Shown here: piece by piece, positions 16,016 through 26,900 of the stretch
Numbering within the stretch: the stretch's first letter is position 1
Layout of the letters: every line of letters begins with the position of its first letter
Origin: a virus
Lineage: Duplodnaviria > Caudoviricetes
Reading direction: 5' to 3' (one strand)
Virus record (IMG/VR): IMGVR_UViG_3300023245_000021
Span: 1 to 51,643 of that record
Length of the DNA stretch: 51,643 bases
Notes under the pieces: generated by a model
Seen by the model: the letters and a program-made list of their open reading frames with translations, nothing else
Told to the model about the DNA's origin: nothing
Database searches by the model: none
Translations under genes and position numbers: made by a program

Positions 16016-19000
16016 CTATTTACCTCCTGCTTTATTACAATTTCTTTTTAGTTTGCTTAAGACTTTGCCGCCCTTTGCCATGCTTAAAGCCCTTAGCGGA
16101 TCATCTCTGTCCATGTACGCAGTACCCGCGCCTTCATTGTACGGCAACCCAGTGAGCTTATTGATACGCTCGTCGGGCTCAGAAGGTGCGTTAGGTACAT
16201 CCACTTCGCCGCCGCCTGCTTTTCCGAGTCTTTCTAGTGTTTCTTCTTCGAGGTCAAACGGGTTTAAAGTTGCTTCGCCATATAGTGTTAAGTCTTCTAA
16301 GGCTTTAAAAACCGAGATATACTCTCTTTTAGTTTTAAAAATCTCAGAGTAAAGATTAGCATCTTCAGACTTTGAAGCCTTTAAAACCTCTTCAAGCCTA
16401 TCATCAATAACGGGAGGAGCTGTAGGCTTAAACTCTCCTTTTAACATGCTCATTGCTGCGGGTCTAGAGAGGCCGCTTTCTTTTAACATGCTTAGAGTCT
16501 TGTAGCGCCCATAAAGAGACGAATAGGCGTTTACTTTTTCAAATAACTCTTGTTGATATTCGTAGTTTTTGCTCTGACGCGCAACATAGTTATCTAGCAT
16601 TGAGATAGCCGAGTCTTCGCCTACTTTATAAAAAGGCTTGACGTTAGAGCGCATCTTCTTATTATAGTCTGACACCGCAAAGTTCATCTGCGAATCGGGG
16701 TTGTGATTAGTAAACTTAATCCCTGTGAAGTTGGCAATCAGCGCATGTTTATTCACAGGCCCTAGTTTCTCTTCTTCTTCGCCAGTGTAAGCATCTACAT
16801 AATCACCAAGCTTCATAACACTTGTAACAGTTCCCGGCTCGACGGACTTATAGAGGTGCGTAAACATGGTTGCTATTTTCTCAGCGCCTGAATCGCTAGG
16901 AGGGAACAATAACTTGCCTCCAAGGGTTCTTCCGTCGGGGCTTGCCAGTGCAGTACCTACGTCGCCAATAGCCTTTGTAGCGATGGACTCCGTAAGAAAA
17001 GGAGTTGATAAAGTCCAAACACCTTTAAAGGCTGCATCAACTAAATAGTCGTCAAGCTGTTCGCCGCGTAGTTCGCCTTCTATAATCCTGTCTAAGACAG
17101 CTAATACAGGTTCTTTTATAGTATTATAAGAGTCTAAATACTTAGTAGACACCTTAGTTATATCGCCGTTCTCTTTTCGATACCAAATAAAGTTACTATT
17201 CTTTTCAAACTTTCCTTCGGCCATCTTTGTGTGGTGCATTCTTTCTTCGTCTGTCCAACCCATCAAGTCTGCTGAGAGTTTAGATGCTTCGCCTACGCCA
17301 ACCATAGCGGTAGTGAAACCTGCCATTCTTTTAAGCCCGCGATTCCGTAGCACAGCATTCCCGGAGTTTAGCTCCTTACTAGCTTGCTTAACAATATGAT
17401 AGCTCGTTCTAACTATCTCAGCCGGAAAAGATATAAAGTTTCCGATCGGAAGATAGTTGAGTTTCTTTAAGCCCTTAGCAACCCTATCATAGTTAGGAAT
17501 AGTGTTTTGCACAATGTCTGCTGCTTCGCGCTCTAAGGCATCTATAGACGAGCTAGGCTTGGCGCGCTTTAAAGTGTCTAGCTCTGTCATAAACCCAGAC
17601 ATTTTAAAGTAGTCATCTGTAGCCATATATGAGTCTTCCATGAAACGCAGGACTCTGTTATTCTTAATTTGATTAGTTATTGGTGTAGTGCCAAAGTCCT
17701 TAGAAGAAAGTTTTATAAGTTCTTTAAACTGATTAATTTTAATGTTGGTGTTAATCACCCCCAAGTCTACAAACTTAGCATAAATCGTATCTAGTTCTTT
17801 ATCGCCTTTCCCGTCCATCTGATTCCACAAGACTTTCATGTGTCCTCTGTTTTTAGAAAAAGGGTTGAACGCGGCCAAGTCTCCGTTAGCTATTGCAAAC
17901 TGCGCGCCACCAATTATGTTGCGAAGCCCTGTAACGTGGCTGTAGATAGTTTTAGATGCTTGTGCCGCGCCTTTATATTTTAAAAAGACTTTGTAGGCTT
18001 CAGCAGCTCCGTTAGTGCTAGTAGATAAAAACGCAAGCGAGTCTTCTTGGCGCGCTAGGAACTTAGCCATTTGAGGCGTAGTATATTTGCCATCAAGAAT
18101 CGAGTTAGTGCTCTGTATTTTTGTAGTTAATTTGCCTTCTTCAACAGCTATGCTTTTAGGGCCTTGAATATACTTGCCGGACTTCCCAAGTTGGTTAGCT
18201 ATTTGATAAAAGTTATTAACCTCGTAGATCCTCGCGGCTTTACTTAAACTAAGAATTATGTTTTCAGCAGGGTCTTTTATCTCACCTAATAGGTTTTTAA
18301 TTTCTTGAGGCATATTAACATTCTTTTGATGGAACTTAGCCACGCGCCGAACTTGCGTCATGTGGTCAAGCACTTTCTTATCTGATTTACCAAGGAGCTC
18401 GTTTATTTCTTTGGTGGCCAAGCGGCGCGCCTGAACTTCAGTTAGCTTAGGATTGGACACAAGCTTAGAGTCTTTTAAAACTCCAATAGCTTTTCGCTTC
18501 AACTCTGGGTCAATAACAAAGTTCGCCGCGTCATCAAAGGCTTTATAAGAAGTGCGTAAGTATTGTCCGACATTCCCCTGAATGCTTTCAATCGTGTTTT
18601 TTAAAAACCCCTTGCTTCCGGCAAGCTGTAGAGATACTTTATCAATTAAATAACGAGCGTCTAAAACAGACTCGGCAACGCCTACCGAAATCTTAGAATC
18701 TTCGGCTAGCTGTATTGCTTGTTGTTCAAAGGGCAAGTCAGTATATTTAGAGACGTCGGTGGTTAACAGCTCTTGGGCCTTATCAGCATTCATAGTCCTA
18801 GCAGTCTTATCCGTAAACGAATCAAGAGCATTAGTTAGACGCCTAGAAATCTGCGTAGCTTCTACAAGTGTAGCGCGTTGTTGGGCTTGGCTCTGATTAA
18901 AGAAAGTAAACATCTTTGGAGTTGCATAGCCCCTAGAGGTAAAAATCTGCTGTTGGACTTGGTTTATTTTAGCCTTCGCCCACTCAACCCCTTTCTTGCC

Positions 19001-19957
19001 CTCGGTGTTTTGATCATCAAGCTGCTTTAACCCACTGACATCTTCTGTAAGGACTTCTTTTTCAGACGGTAGATCTGTTCGGATAGCCGGGGTTTTGCCC
19101 ACAGCTCTGGCTTCTGCATCAGTTCTACGCATACTCATGCGCGCTAGCTCTGCGCCTTTGCCGGTCAAAGCTTCGGTAAGCTCATCGACTGAGGGGTTCT
19201 TGGCAGTCAATATATTCTTAAGAGCCGGCACAGCTTTAAATAAACCATCAAGCGCAAAGCCTAAACCCACATCGCCTATAAGAAGCTTTAATCTTTTAGC
19301 CGCCTGTGTGTCATTTTCGTCTGCTTGGAGCGCTTCAATGACTGTGTTTTTAGAACCTTCAGGGAAGATCGAAGCAACAGCATCAAACAAATTGTCGTCT
19401 AAGTCAGTAAGAACCTGCGAGGCTCCTGCACCTGCTAATGTATATTGTACAGCTTTGGGCACATTGCGCGCCGCAAGCTTAGGTGCCACTTTTAAAGCAG
19501 TCTTAGCGCCTATCTTAACTAAAGCTCCCGTGCCTGCAATGTAAGGGATAATAGAAGCCGCCATGCCGACCATAGTTTCAGGGGCTTTGATCTTACCGGT
19601 CAGCGGATCAATGTGCTTAGACGTCTCTAAGTATCCAAAGCCTGCACGTTTGCTTAGTTCTTTTTGCTTTGCAACATCTCCTAAGTCATCTGTTCCGAAA
19701 GCATCACCGGGCAAATAATCTATAAGGCTTACGAAGTCCCGTTGAGTATCAAGCAAGACGCGCTTTAGATCCGCACCTATGCTTGGTTTTTCAGAAGCCT
19801 CTTCTAGCAGGCTTTGGGCCGTCGTGGGCGTAGAGATTGTATCAGACGTTCTATACTTATCCTGCACAAAGCTAAGCAGTTCCTCTTTAGTGGTTTCATC
19901 GGGATGCTCTAAAGTAACTGTCTTTCCGTCTGGAAGCTGTAGAGTGGTTGTCGCCAT
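16016..19957 (-). CDS. Large internal virion/ejection protein (gp16-like position)
   Basis: 1313 aa; last large late gene; GNFISFPAEI motif. Confidence 0.7.
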   Translation of the reverse strand: MATTTLQLPDGKTVTLEHPDETTKEELLSFVQDKYRTSDTISTPTTAQSLLEEASEKPSIGADLKRVLLDTQRDFVSLIDYLPGDAFGTDDLGDVAKQKELSKRAGFGYLETSKHIDPLTGKIKAPETMVGMAASIIPYIAGTGALVKIGAKTALKVAPKLAARNVPKAVQYTLAGAGASQVLTDLDDNLFDAVASIFPEGSKNTVIEALQADENDTQAAKRLKLLIGDVGLGFALDGLFKAVPALKNILTAKNPSVDELTEALTGKGAELARMSMRRTDAEARAVGKTPAIRTDLPSEKEVLTEDVSGLKQLDDQNTEGKKGVEWAKAKINQVQQQIFTSRGYATPKMFTFFNQSQAQQRATLVEATQISRRLTNALDSFTDKTARTMNADKAQELLTTDVSKYTDLPFEQQAIQLAEDSKISVGVAESVLDARYLIDKVSLQLAGSKGFLKNTIESIQGNVGQYLRTSYKAFDDAANFVIDPELKRKAIGVLKDSKLVSNPKLTEVQARRLATKEINELLGKSDKKVLDHMTQVRRVAKFHQKNVNMPQEIKNLLGEIKDPAENIILSLSKAARIYEVNNFYQIANQLGKSGKYIQGPKSIAVEEGKLTTKIQSTNSILDGKYTTPQMAKFLARQEDSLAFLSTSTNGAAEAYKVFLKYKGAAQASKTIYSHVTGLRNIIGGAQFAIANGDLAAFNPFSKNRGHMKVLWNQMDGKGDKELDTIYAKFVDLGVINTNIKINQFKELIKLSSKDFGTTPITNQIKNNRVLRFMEDSYMATDDYFKMSGFMTELDTLKRAKPSSSIDALEREAADIVQNTIPNYDRVAKGLKKLNYLPIGNFISFPAEIVRTSYHIVKQASKELNSGNAVLRNRGLKRMAGFTTAMVGVGEASKLSADLMGWTDEERMHHTKMAEGKFEKNSNFIWYRKENGDITKVSTKYLDSYNTIKEPVLAVLDRIIEGELRGEQLDDYLVDAAFKGVWTLSTPFLTESIATKAIGDVGTALASPDGRTLGGKLLFPPSDSGAEKIATMFTHLYKSVEPGTVTSVMKLGDYVDAYTGEEEEKLGPVNKHALIANFTGIKFTNHNPDSQMNFAVSDYNKKMRSNVKPFYKVGEDSAISMLDNYVARQSKNYEYQQELFEKVNAYSSLYGRYKTLSMLKESGLSRPAAMSMLKGEFKPTAPPVIDDRLEEVLKASKSEDANLYSEIFKTKREYISVFKALEDLTLYGEATLNPFDLEEETLERLGKAGGGEVDVPNAPSEPDERINKLTGLPYNEGAGTAYMDRDDPLRALSMAKGGKVLSKLKRNCNKAGGK

Positions 19958-19959
19958 TG

Positions 19960-21846
19960 TTAAATAGTCCCTTCATCAATCTTCTTCTGGATATGCGTCG
20001 GGTATACTCCGGTTTCACGATGTGTGCTTCTCTCCTCTCGACTCATGTCGTTATAGGCTTTTCGTTTTATTTTAGTTTCTTCTTGCCTAGAACGAGCGTT
20101 GGCTAAAAGGCTTTTTAGAGAATCAGAGCTTGCTAGCCCCAGAGAACCATATTTATTTCTTGTGGGCGCGAACGCAACATCTGGTTTAACTCCAGAACTA
20201 TCTTCGGGCTCGTAGCCTTGTGTCTCTACTAAATAAGCTTCTATTTCTGAAGCCCCTTTACTGGCAGTAATAAGATCGCCCATTTCTTCTTGGGTCAGGG
20301 TTCCGCCTCGTTTATCAACGAAAGTTTTAACTCTGTCTAAAGCAAACGCATCATCGCCTATGACAGTATTTTCACTTGTTTGACCTATGAAATCTGTAGT
20401 AATGTTAGCGCTTGTTGTACTTTTAACTATTATTCCCCCGACACCACTAGGTTTCCCGTCGGCCCTTTTCGCAGTATCAGCATCATCAGCAGTTTTTGGC
20501 CCGAGTATTGGGTTGTTTTCTTTAATCTGTTCCATCTGAGCATTCTGTTGCTGAAAGATAAGAGATACTTCGAGTGTTAGATCTTTAATTGTTTTGTCTG
20601 CATCATATAAAGATTCTAAAGCTATCTCGTCGGCTTCGGGATTGTTTTCTTGGATGGACTGCTTAGCTTTTGCAATTTCAATATTCGCCGACATAGTTTG
20701 ACCGACAAACTCTTGCCAATCTGTAGACGATGTTAGCGCTCGCATAGCATATCTTCTAGCGTCCATACTGTCGGATTCAGCCTTGCTTACAAACGCAACT
20801 CGGTGAGAAGCATAAAACTTATCATACAGCTCGTTATTTTTCGTAACCTGCGCAGTGGTGGCAGGCACCATTGTAAACCCGTTTTCTTTGTTAACCATCA
20901 GGTTAATTCCGTCAGGAGTTATAGTAGATTGTAACTGAGCGGCAGCATCAAACTGACCAAGCATGGCCGCTACTTGACCTGCTTCTGTGTTTAAATTTAA
21001 CTGCTTCGCGTCTGAAAACGTGGTTATTCCATCAGCACCTGTAACTTTTTTAGCTGACACCACGACACCATTTTCTATTGCAGACACTGTTTCTGTGGTA
21101 GAAAGCTGCTCTAAAGCGCTTTGATCTAGTTGAAAGTCTTTGCTAAGCTCTATAGCCTGTACAAAATCACCGCCTGTCTCTTTAAGAATCTTATCAAAGA
21201 TAGCAAGCCCGCTAGCGCTTTTTGCATATAGGCTGTTTCTAAAGCTATCTTGCGCTTCTTTCTGTTTGCCGCTCTGGTCTACAAGACCCGTTAATCTATT
21301 CCCAAGCTTGCTTCTTGCCATTGTCTCGGCGTCTTCTTTAGTTCCACTAGCTGCAAACTTTTCTCGATTAGAAAGCGCGTCTTCGTATTGAGCGGTGGCT
21401 GATAAGGCAGAGGCTTTAGTAGACTCTAGATCTCTAATCTGCGGAGCAAAAGCAGCCCTAAATTTCTGTCTGCTTGCTTCGTCTTTATTCCAGTTTATAT
21501 TTTCTTCGCGGAGCAATAGGTTGTTGAGAGTTTCGTCAACACTTCTATTAGTAAAATAGTCGCCTACAGAGTTTCCAGAGTCTGTAATTTTAGTCTCTAA
21601 GCCGCCAATACCCGTATTAGCTTTCTCAGCCGAAGAGATCATTATGTTTGTATTCAACACATCAGAGTTTTTACTAAAGGTGTCCCACTGGCTAGAAAGC
21701 TTTGAGTTTCCAAACTGCATTAAACCCATAGCACCTAAGCTTAAAAGATCACTCTTGCGCTGACGTTTACGGCTGTCGCTTGCTCTTTTATCATTTCTTG
21801 CGCGTACATCCTGAAGAAGCGATTCTCCAAATTCTCTAATAGCCAT
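19960..21846 (-). CDS. Putative internal virion protein
   Basis: 628 aa; position in ejection-protein cluster. Confidence 0.55.
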   Translation of the reverse strand: MAIREFGESLLQDVRARNDKRASDSRKRQRKSDLLSLGAMGLMQFGNSKLSSQWDTFSKNSDVLNTNIMISSAEKANTGIGGLETKITDSGNSVGDYFTNRSVDETLNNLLLREENINWNKDEASRQKFRAAFAPQIRDLESTKASALSATAQYEDALSNREKFAASGTKEDAETMARSKLGNRLTGLVDQSGKQKEAQDSFRNSLYAKSASGLAIFDKILKETGGDFVQAIELSKDFQLDQSALEQLSTTETVSAIENGVVVSAKKVTGADGITTFSDAKQLNLNTEAGQVAAMLGQFDAAAQLQSTITPDGINLMVNKENGFTMVPATTAQVTKNNELYDKFYASHRVAFVSKAESDSMDARRYAMRALTSSTDWQEFVGQTMSANIEIAKAKQSIQENNPEADEIALESLYDADKTIKDLTLEVSLIFQQQNAQMEQIKENNPILGPKTADDADTAKRADGKPSGVGGIIVKSTTSANITTDFIGQTSENTVIGDDAFALDRVKTFVDKRGGTLTQEEMGDLITASKGASEIEAYLVETQGYEPEDSSGVKPDVAFAPTRNKYGSLGLASSDSLKSLLANARSRQEETKIKRKAYNDMSREERSTHRETGVYPTHIQKKIDEGTI

Positions 21847-21850
21847 AGTA

Positions 21851-22471
21851 TTAAATTCCTGTGGGTGGAGACATTAAACTTTGTTTGTTCGGATCAAGAG
21901 CCTCATCAGGCGCTGACAATAAGCTACCTTGTTTAGCCTTTAAAGCGGGTATTTCAGGCAGCTCTTCTAGCTGTTGTTCCATCTGCGGTGTAATAGTATT
22001 CGCCGGGACGCGCCCAGACTGCCCTGCTTTCTGAAGTTTCTTCAAACGCTCTTCGGAAAAAGAAACTCCTAAGATTTGTTCTTCTTCGTCTTCGTCTTCT
22101 AGCTCGCCACGATAAACAGTAATATCTAAATCGAGTTTTTCGGCCAAGGCAATAAGCATATAAGCAACAGGCTCAACTAGCATTAACATTAAGTCGGGGT
22201 TGAACTTACCTTCCTGAAACTCTGAAAACAACACAGACTGAACAATGTCCATAACAGCCGCACCGTCATCAATGGCCGTCATGAGCGCTGTGTATGTGTT
22301 AGGCTCAATAAACTTACCAAACATATACTCTGAAGCCGCGTGGACTGAAGTAAACTCAGGGGCTTTTTCATACGGCGCAGGGTTCTCGGGGTCATTAGTC
22401 AAAGACTGGCCGGGAAGAGGACGTTTGCCGCTAGCTTGGATTTTCTTATATTCTTCTTCTACTGATGCCAT
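21851..22471 (-). CDS. Virion-associated hypothetical protein
   Basis: PGQSLT..P...PYE motif; late operon. Confidence 0.6.
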   Translation of the reverse strand: MASVEEEYKKIQASGKRPLPGQSLTNDPENPAPYEKAPEFTSVHAASEYMFGKFIEPNTYTALMTAIDDGAAVMDIVQSVLFSEFQEGKFNPDLMLMLVEPVAYMLIALAEKLDLDITVYRGELEDEDEEEQILGVSFSEERLKKLQKAGQSGRVPANTITPQMEQQLEELPEIPALKAKQGSLLSAPDEALDPNKQSLMSPPTGI

Positions 22472-22483
22472 AATTTAAACCTT

Positions 22484-23878
22484 TTAAGCTGTTATGCCGT
22501 ATTGAGACATATAGTTGCCATATTGAAAAGCAGTATAGCCGTAGGCCATAGGGTTGCTAGTTACTTGTTGTTCAAAAGCCCGAGCATTCATAGTCTCTGG
22601 AGCGCCGTAAGAACCTACGTCGGCTGTTTGAAAAGTAGGGACGTCTGCGTAAATAGTATTTCCTTGATTATAAACCGGCTTGTTCTCAAGCCCTATGCCT
22701 TGTAAAACTTTAGTTTGTAAAGCGCCTGTGGCTTTTGTGCCTATGTCTCCAAAAGGATCATTAAGGAACTTCGTGCCCTCTTCTATAGCTTTTTTAGGAA
22801 GCCCTGCAACTGCGTTTCCTACGGAAGCTAACAAGCTTTCAGGCTTAGGCACACTAACCGCCTCATATTGAGCACTATTTAACGTATCATATAAGGCGCC
22901 TATTCCTTGTTCACCCGAAGCTCTTTGTGTAGCCGCGTCAATAACAGAAGTTTTAAAGTTATTAAAATAATTAATATCGTCTACTTTTCCTAGCTCTGTT
23001 AAACTTTCTGGCGACATGAATCTTATCCTGTCACCAAAAGTAAACTTCTGATCGCCGGCCACTCCTTCTAGTTTAAACTTATAATCGTTCAACATCTCGT
23101 CAGACAGATCAGCTCCAAAGGACTTTATTTGCTCACCTGTCATTGAAGAAGAAGATGACACAAGATCAGCGGGGGCTGTAGCGGCCTTTATAGAGCTTTC
23201 AACTGGAGGGGCCTTAAAGGCGTCCGGGAGGTTTGTTACTATGTCTGCTTTTAAGCCTTCTACTTGAAGTGCTCGGGACTCTTTAACACCTTTGAAGAAC
23301 TCCGAGCCTTTAGTCAAGTTCTGAAACCGTGCGTCCGCACCAAAGCTTCTGGAGAATGCAGAGTCTGCAACTTGCTCACCTGCTGAGTTTGTAATCATAG
23401 TTCCGGTAGATCCAGATGTAGGGCCAAAGAAGTTCTGGGCTGCGTCCGCAAACACATTATCCATGCCGACGAAATTAGCTAATTTATTAGTGGCCGTCTT
23501 AGCAAAGTTTCCTAGAGTCTCCATAACTCCGCCAGTGATGTTGCTAAACACAGACTTTACCGTTGCTATCTTCTGGCCTACCCATACTGCGGCTTTGCCG
23601 GCTGCTACGCCTACTGAACCCAGAGCGCCTCCTAATAAACCTGACGCGGGGACAGCCGCTACATAACCTGCCGTGCCTGCAACACCCACAGCCGCTGAAC
23701 CTGCCGCTCCCAGAAGGGCATTGCCGATAGCGGGCATAATAAAGAACATAGCCACCTGACCAAGAATACCAATCTTGTTCATAAATTTGCCGAACTTTTT
23801 AAATGCGCTCTTAATGCCTTTGCCGATTTTCTTAAAAACCTTCCCAACGCTTTTAAATATCTTGCTAAAAAATCCCAT
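22484..23878 (-). CDS. Putative ejection/DNA pilot protein
   Basis: Amphipathic basic N-terminus followed by a Gly/Ala-rich hydrophobic region. Confidence 0.6.
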   Translation of the reverse strand: MGFFSKIFKSVGKVFKKIGKGIKSAFKKFGKFMNKIGILGQVAMFFIMPAIGNALLGAAGSAAVGVAGTAGYVAAVPASGLLGGALGSVGVAAGKAAVWVGQKIATVKSVFSNITGGVMETLGNFAKTATNKLANFVGMDNVFADAAQNFFGPTSGSTGTMITNSAGEQVADSAFSRSFGADARFQNLTKGSEFFKGVKESRALQVEGLKADIVTNLPDAFKAPPVESSIKAATAPADLVSSSSSMTGEQIKSFGADLSDEMLNDYKFKLEGVAGDQKFTFGDRIRFMSPESLTELGKVDDINYFNNFKTSVIDAATQRASGEQGIGALYDTLNSAQYEAVSVPKPESLLASVGNAVAGLPKKAIEEGTKFLNDPFGDIGTKATGALQTKVLQGIGLENKPVYNQGNTIYADVPTFQTADVGSYGAPETMNARAFEQQVTSNPMAYGYTAFQYGNYMSQYGITA

Positions 23879-23935
23879 TATCTTGTATCCTTTATGTGTG
23901 TTTGATTAGGCTAAGTCCAACTTTAAGTATTAATA

Positions 23936-26900
23936 TCACTGTCCCCAAGGGCCGGGGCCTGATGGAGTTGTTGTAGACGTTCCGCTGTAGCCATAACTTT
24001 TTAATATATTAATTAACGCTGATGTTGTAGTGCTCGTATCTTTACTGCTTGTCGCACTTTCATTCCCAATAGCTGTAGCAATCAACTGAGCTTCGCGCTG
24101 CTCGTTATTTTCAAACGACTGGCGGACATAGGCCGCTTCGTCTCTAAGCTGTTGCCAGAGTTGCGTCTGATCCAAGGCCGAAATATTATAAGCATTCTGA
24201 ACATTCTGTTGGTTAGAAGCGTTTGCGGCTGCTGTATCGGCTGTATTGGCCTGTCGTCTCCAAGAGACATTAGACTGTTCTATAGCTTGAGCATTTGCCG
24301 CATTCCAAGTATCTCTTTGATTATCAATACTAGCATTAAACTTATTAATATCTGCTTCAAGCTGTGCAGTAAAGGTATCAGCCTGTAGCATATTACCGGC
24401 CTCAATAGCTGCTGCGCGGTTTGTCTCGGTAACATTGAAGGACTCCATAGCGTTTCGGGCGCTTGTATTAAACTGCTTCATGTTATTAGACTGGCTGATT
24501 AAAAATGAATCTAGCTGATTCTGAGACGTTGCGCCAAACTGCTTAGCGGCATTCTGTGCAGCTTGATCAGACAACAAACTCTGTTGAGCCATCTGTTGAT
24601 CCATAACAATGCCTTGTTGTGCGTTGCTAAGGTTCGCCATATCCATAGTCAAGAAGTTCTTAGCATTCTCTACTGAGACGCGGGTTCTTGCGTCTGCATT
24701 AGCTAAATCAGTTTGTGTTAGAAGTGTTGCGTTCTGAACGGCTGATTGTTGATCGGCGCTAAACTGGGTGGCTGTCATAGTCTGCATGAACTTGCTATTA
24801 GCCATCTCCATCTGTTGTTCGTTAGACATCTTACTCATGTCAAAGTTAGCGTTGATTTGAGCGTTGAACATCGCGGCGCTCTGCTCGTTGCTTAGATTTG
24901 CTAAGCCCATAGCCTGAGCTAACTGTGCGTTAACTTGGCCGGCTTGCATCTTTTTCTCGTAGACTTGAAGCTGAGCCGTGTTTTCAGCACTCATGCTCTC
25001 CGAATCTGCTTGGTTCTCAAAAGTAAGATTAGCTAACTGTACTTTTTCAGAGGCGCTTAACTGAGCCATCTCTGCATTCTGTCGCAGATCTTCGTTCTTA
25101 GCCATCATGCTTGTATAGATAGTAAGCTCTTGAAGCTTCATGCGATTAGCTTCAGTCATGTTAGCGCCGTCAGTTGCGGCTCTTTCCGAGAGATTAGCTA
25201 GTTCCATTTGCTGATCGTTGTTTAGATTAGCTAAGTCCATCTGTTGAGAAAGATTAGCATTAGTCTTTTTAAAGTCTACAAGAACATTGAGGTCTGCTAA
25301 GCGCCCTTGGTTAACTGCCGACATAGATTCTCGGTCTGTGGCGTTTGCTTCGGTCAAGTTTTTCATTTCAAGCTGAAGCTCATTAGAGAGATTAGCTTTC
25401 GTCATGTCTTGATCTAGCTCTGCTTGACGCATAATTCTAGAAACTTGAGCATTATAGCCTGCAAGCTTAGACTGCTGTTCGGCTGTCATGTTTTGCGAGC
25501 CTGCGGCATTCATAGCTTGTAAGTTAGCTAAGTCTGATTGAACCTCTGCGCCTAGAGTAGATATAGCGGCCTGTTGACGCTGTGAAGACTCTTGCTGTGA
25601 TCGCTGTTGAGCCATCTGAGCATTAGTTAAATCTGTTTCTTGTTTCTGTTGCGCAGTAGTCATTACTGCTTGTTGATCAAAGGTTCCTTTCTGGACTTTA
25701 ATCTGCTGTGCCATATCTGCTGTTTGAGATGCAGAGGTCTGTTCGTTTGCAAGGTTCTGAAGGCGTATCTGCATCGTGTTCTGAGCAGTGCCTAAATTAG
25801 CTTGCTGTTGGTTGCTAAGGTTCTGTTGTGCTCGCGTCTGTAGTGCCTGAGCATTACTTTGAGCAATAGGTAGTGCACTCTGAATAATAGCATTGAAGAG
25901 AGCATCACGGCCTACAGTCGAAGTACTTAAACCCCTCTGAGCCATCTTAGCTTCCATAGCCGCTATAGCGGGTCGAGCCCAAGCAGGCGTATTGCCATCT
26001 TCCATTCCGGCCAATAAACCTTCCATTTGTGTAGAGACTAGGGCTTCAAGTGGCAGGGCGGCTACTGCGGCTACAACAACTGGATCAGCGCCCGAATCTA
26101 TCTGAGCTATAACTGTTGCAGGATCTTCGACAAGAGCCGCTGAAACTTCTTTCGGCACATTTGCAACTACTGCTAACATATCTGCGGCGGCTGTCTTACG
26201 TGCCTCGCCCGTTACTGCATCCATTTTAGCGGCGGCGGCTGTAGGAACACCACCAATTTGCGAGGCATCTCCTTTAGAAACTTCGCCGGTAATGCCTTGG
26301 CGTTCTTGCATATCAATAGGCGGCACACTGCCAATCTCAGAAGCTTTACGGCTCTTGGCCTCGCCTACTTGTGCTACACGTTCTTTAGCTAGTTTAAACT
26401 CGGGAATATCTTCAAGTACTACACCCTCTTTAGAGACTATATCTAGAAGATCTCTTTTCTCTCTTTCAGACATTGTTTGAGCCATGCGCTCAGCTACTTC
26501 AGGGTCTTTAGCTTCAATGACTGTATAACGCTCATCTGACTGAGCGGCTATTGCATAATCTGTATATGCGGGTCTATCAGCGGCAACACCCATTGCGGCC
26601 TTTTCAGCCTCTGCATCGCGCTGTGCGGTGTCAACACTCGCGGCTGTTCCTTGGCCCGCAACGCCCGTTATGCTTACTTCACCCTGTGCGGCTACAGTAT
26701 CAGCCATCTGACCAGAGGTGGTTGTAGCTTTGTATGTTTTTGCTTTTCCGTCTCCTAGTTCAACATCTGCTTGGTCTACATCACCCTGTGTGGCTGTTAA
26801 AGCTCCTGCTTCGACTGTACTAGAAGTTGCGTCTGTAGCGTCGCCGAGCTGTTGGATATCATCTTCGCCTGTTATAGTTCCTTCGGGTGCTTGTGCAGTC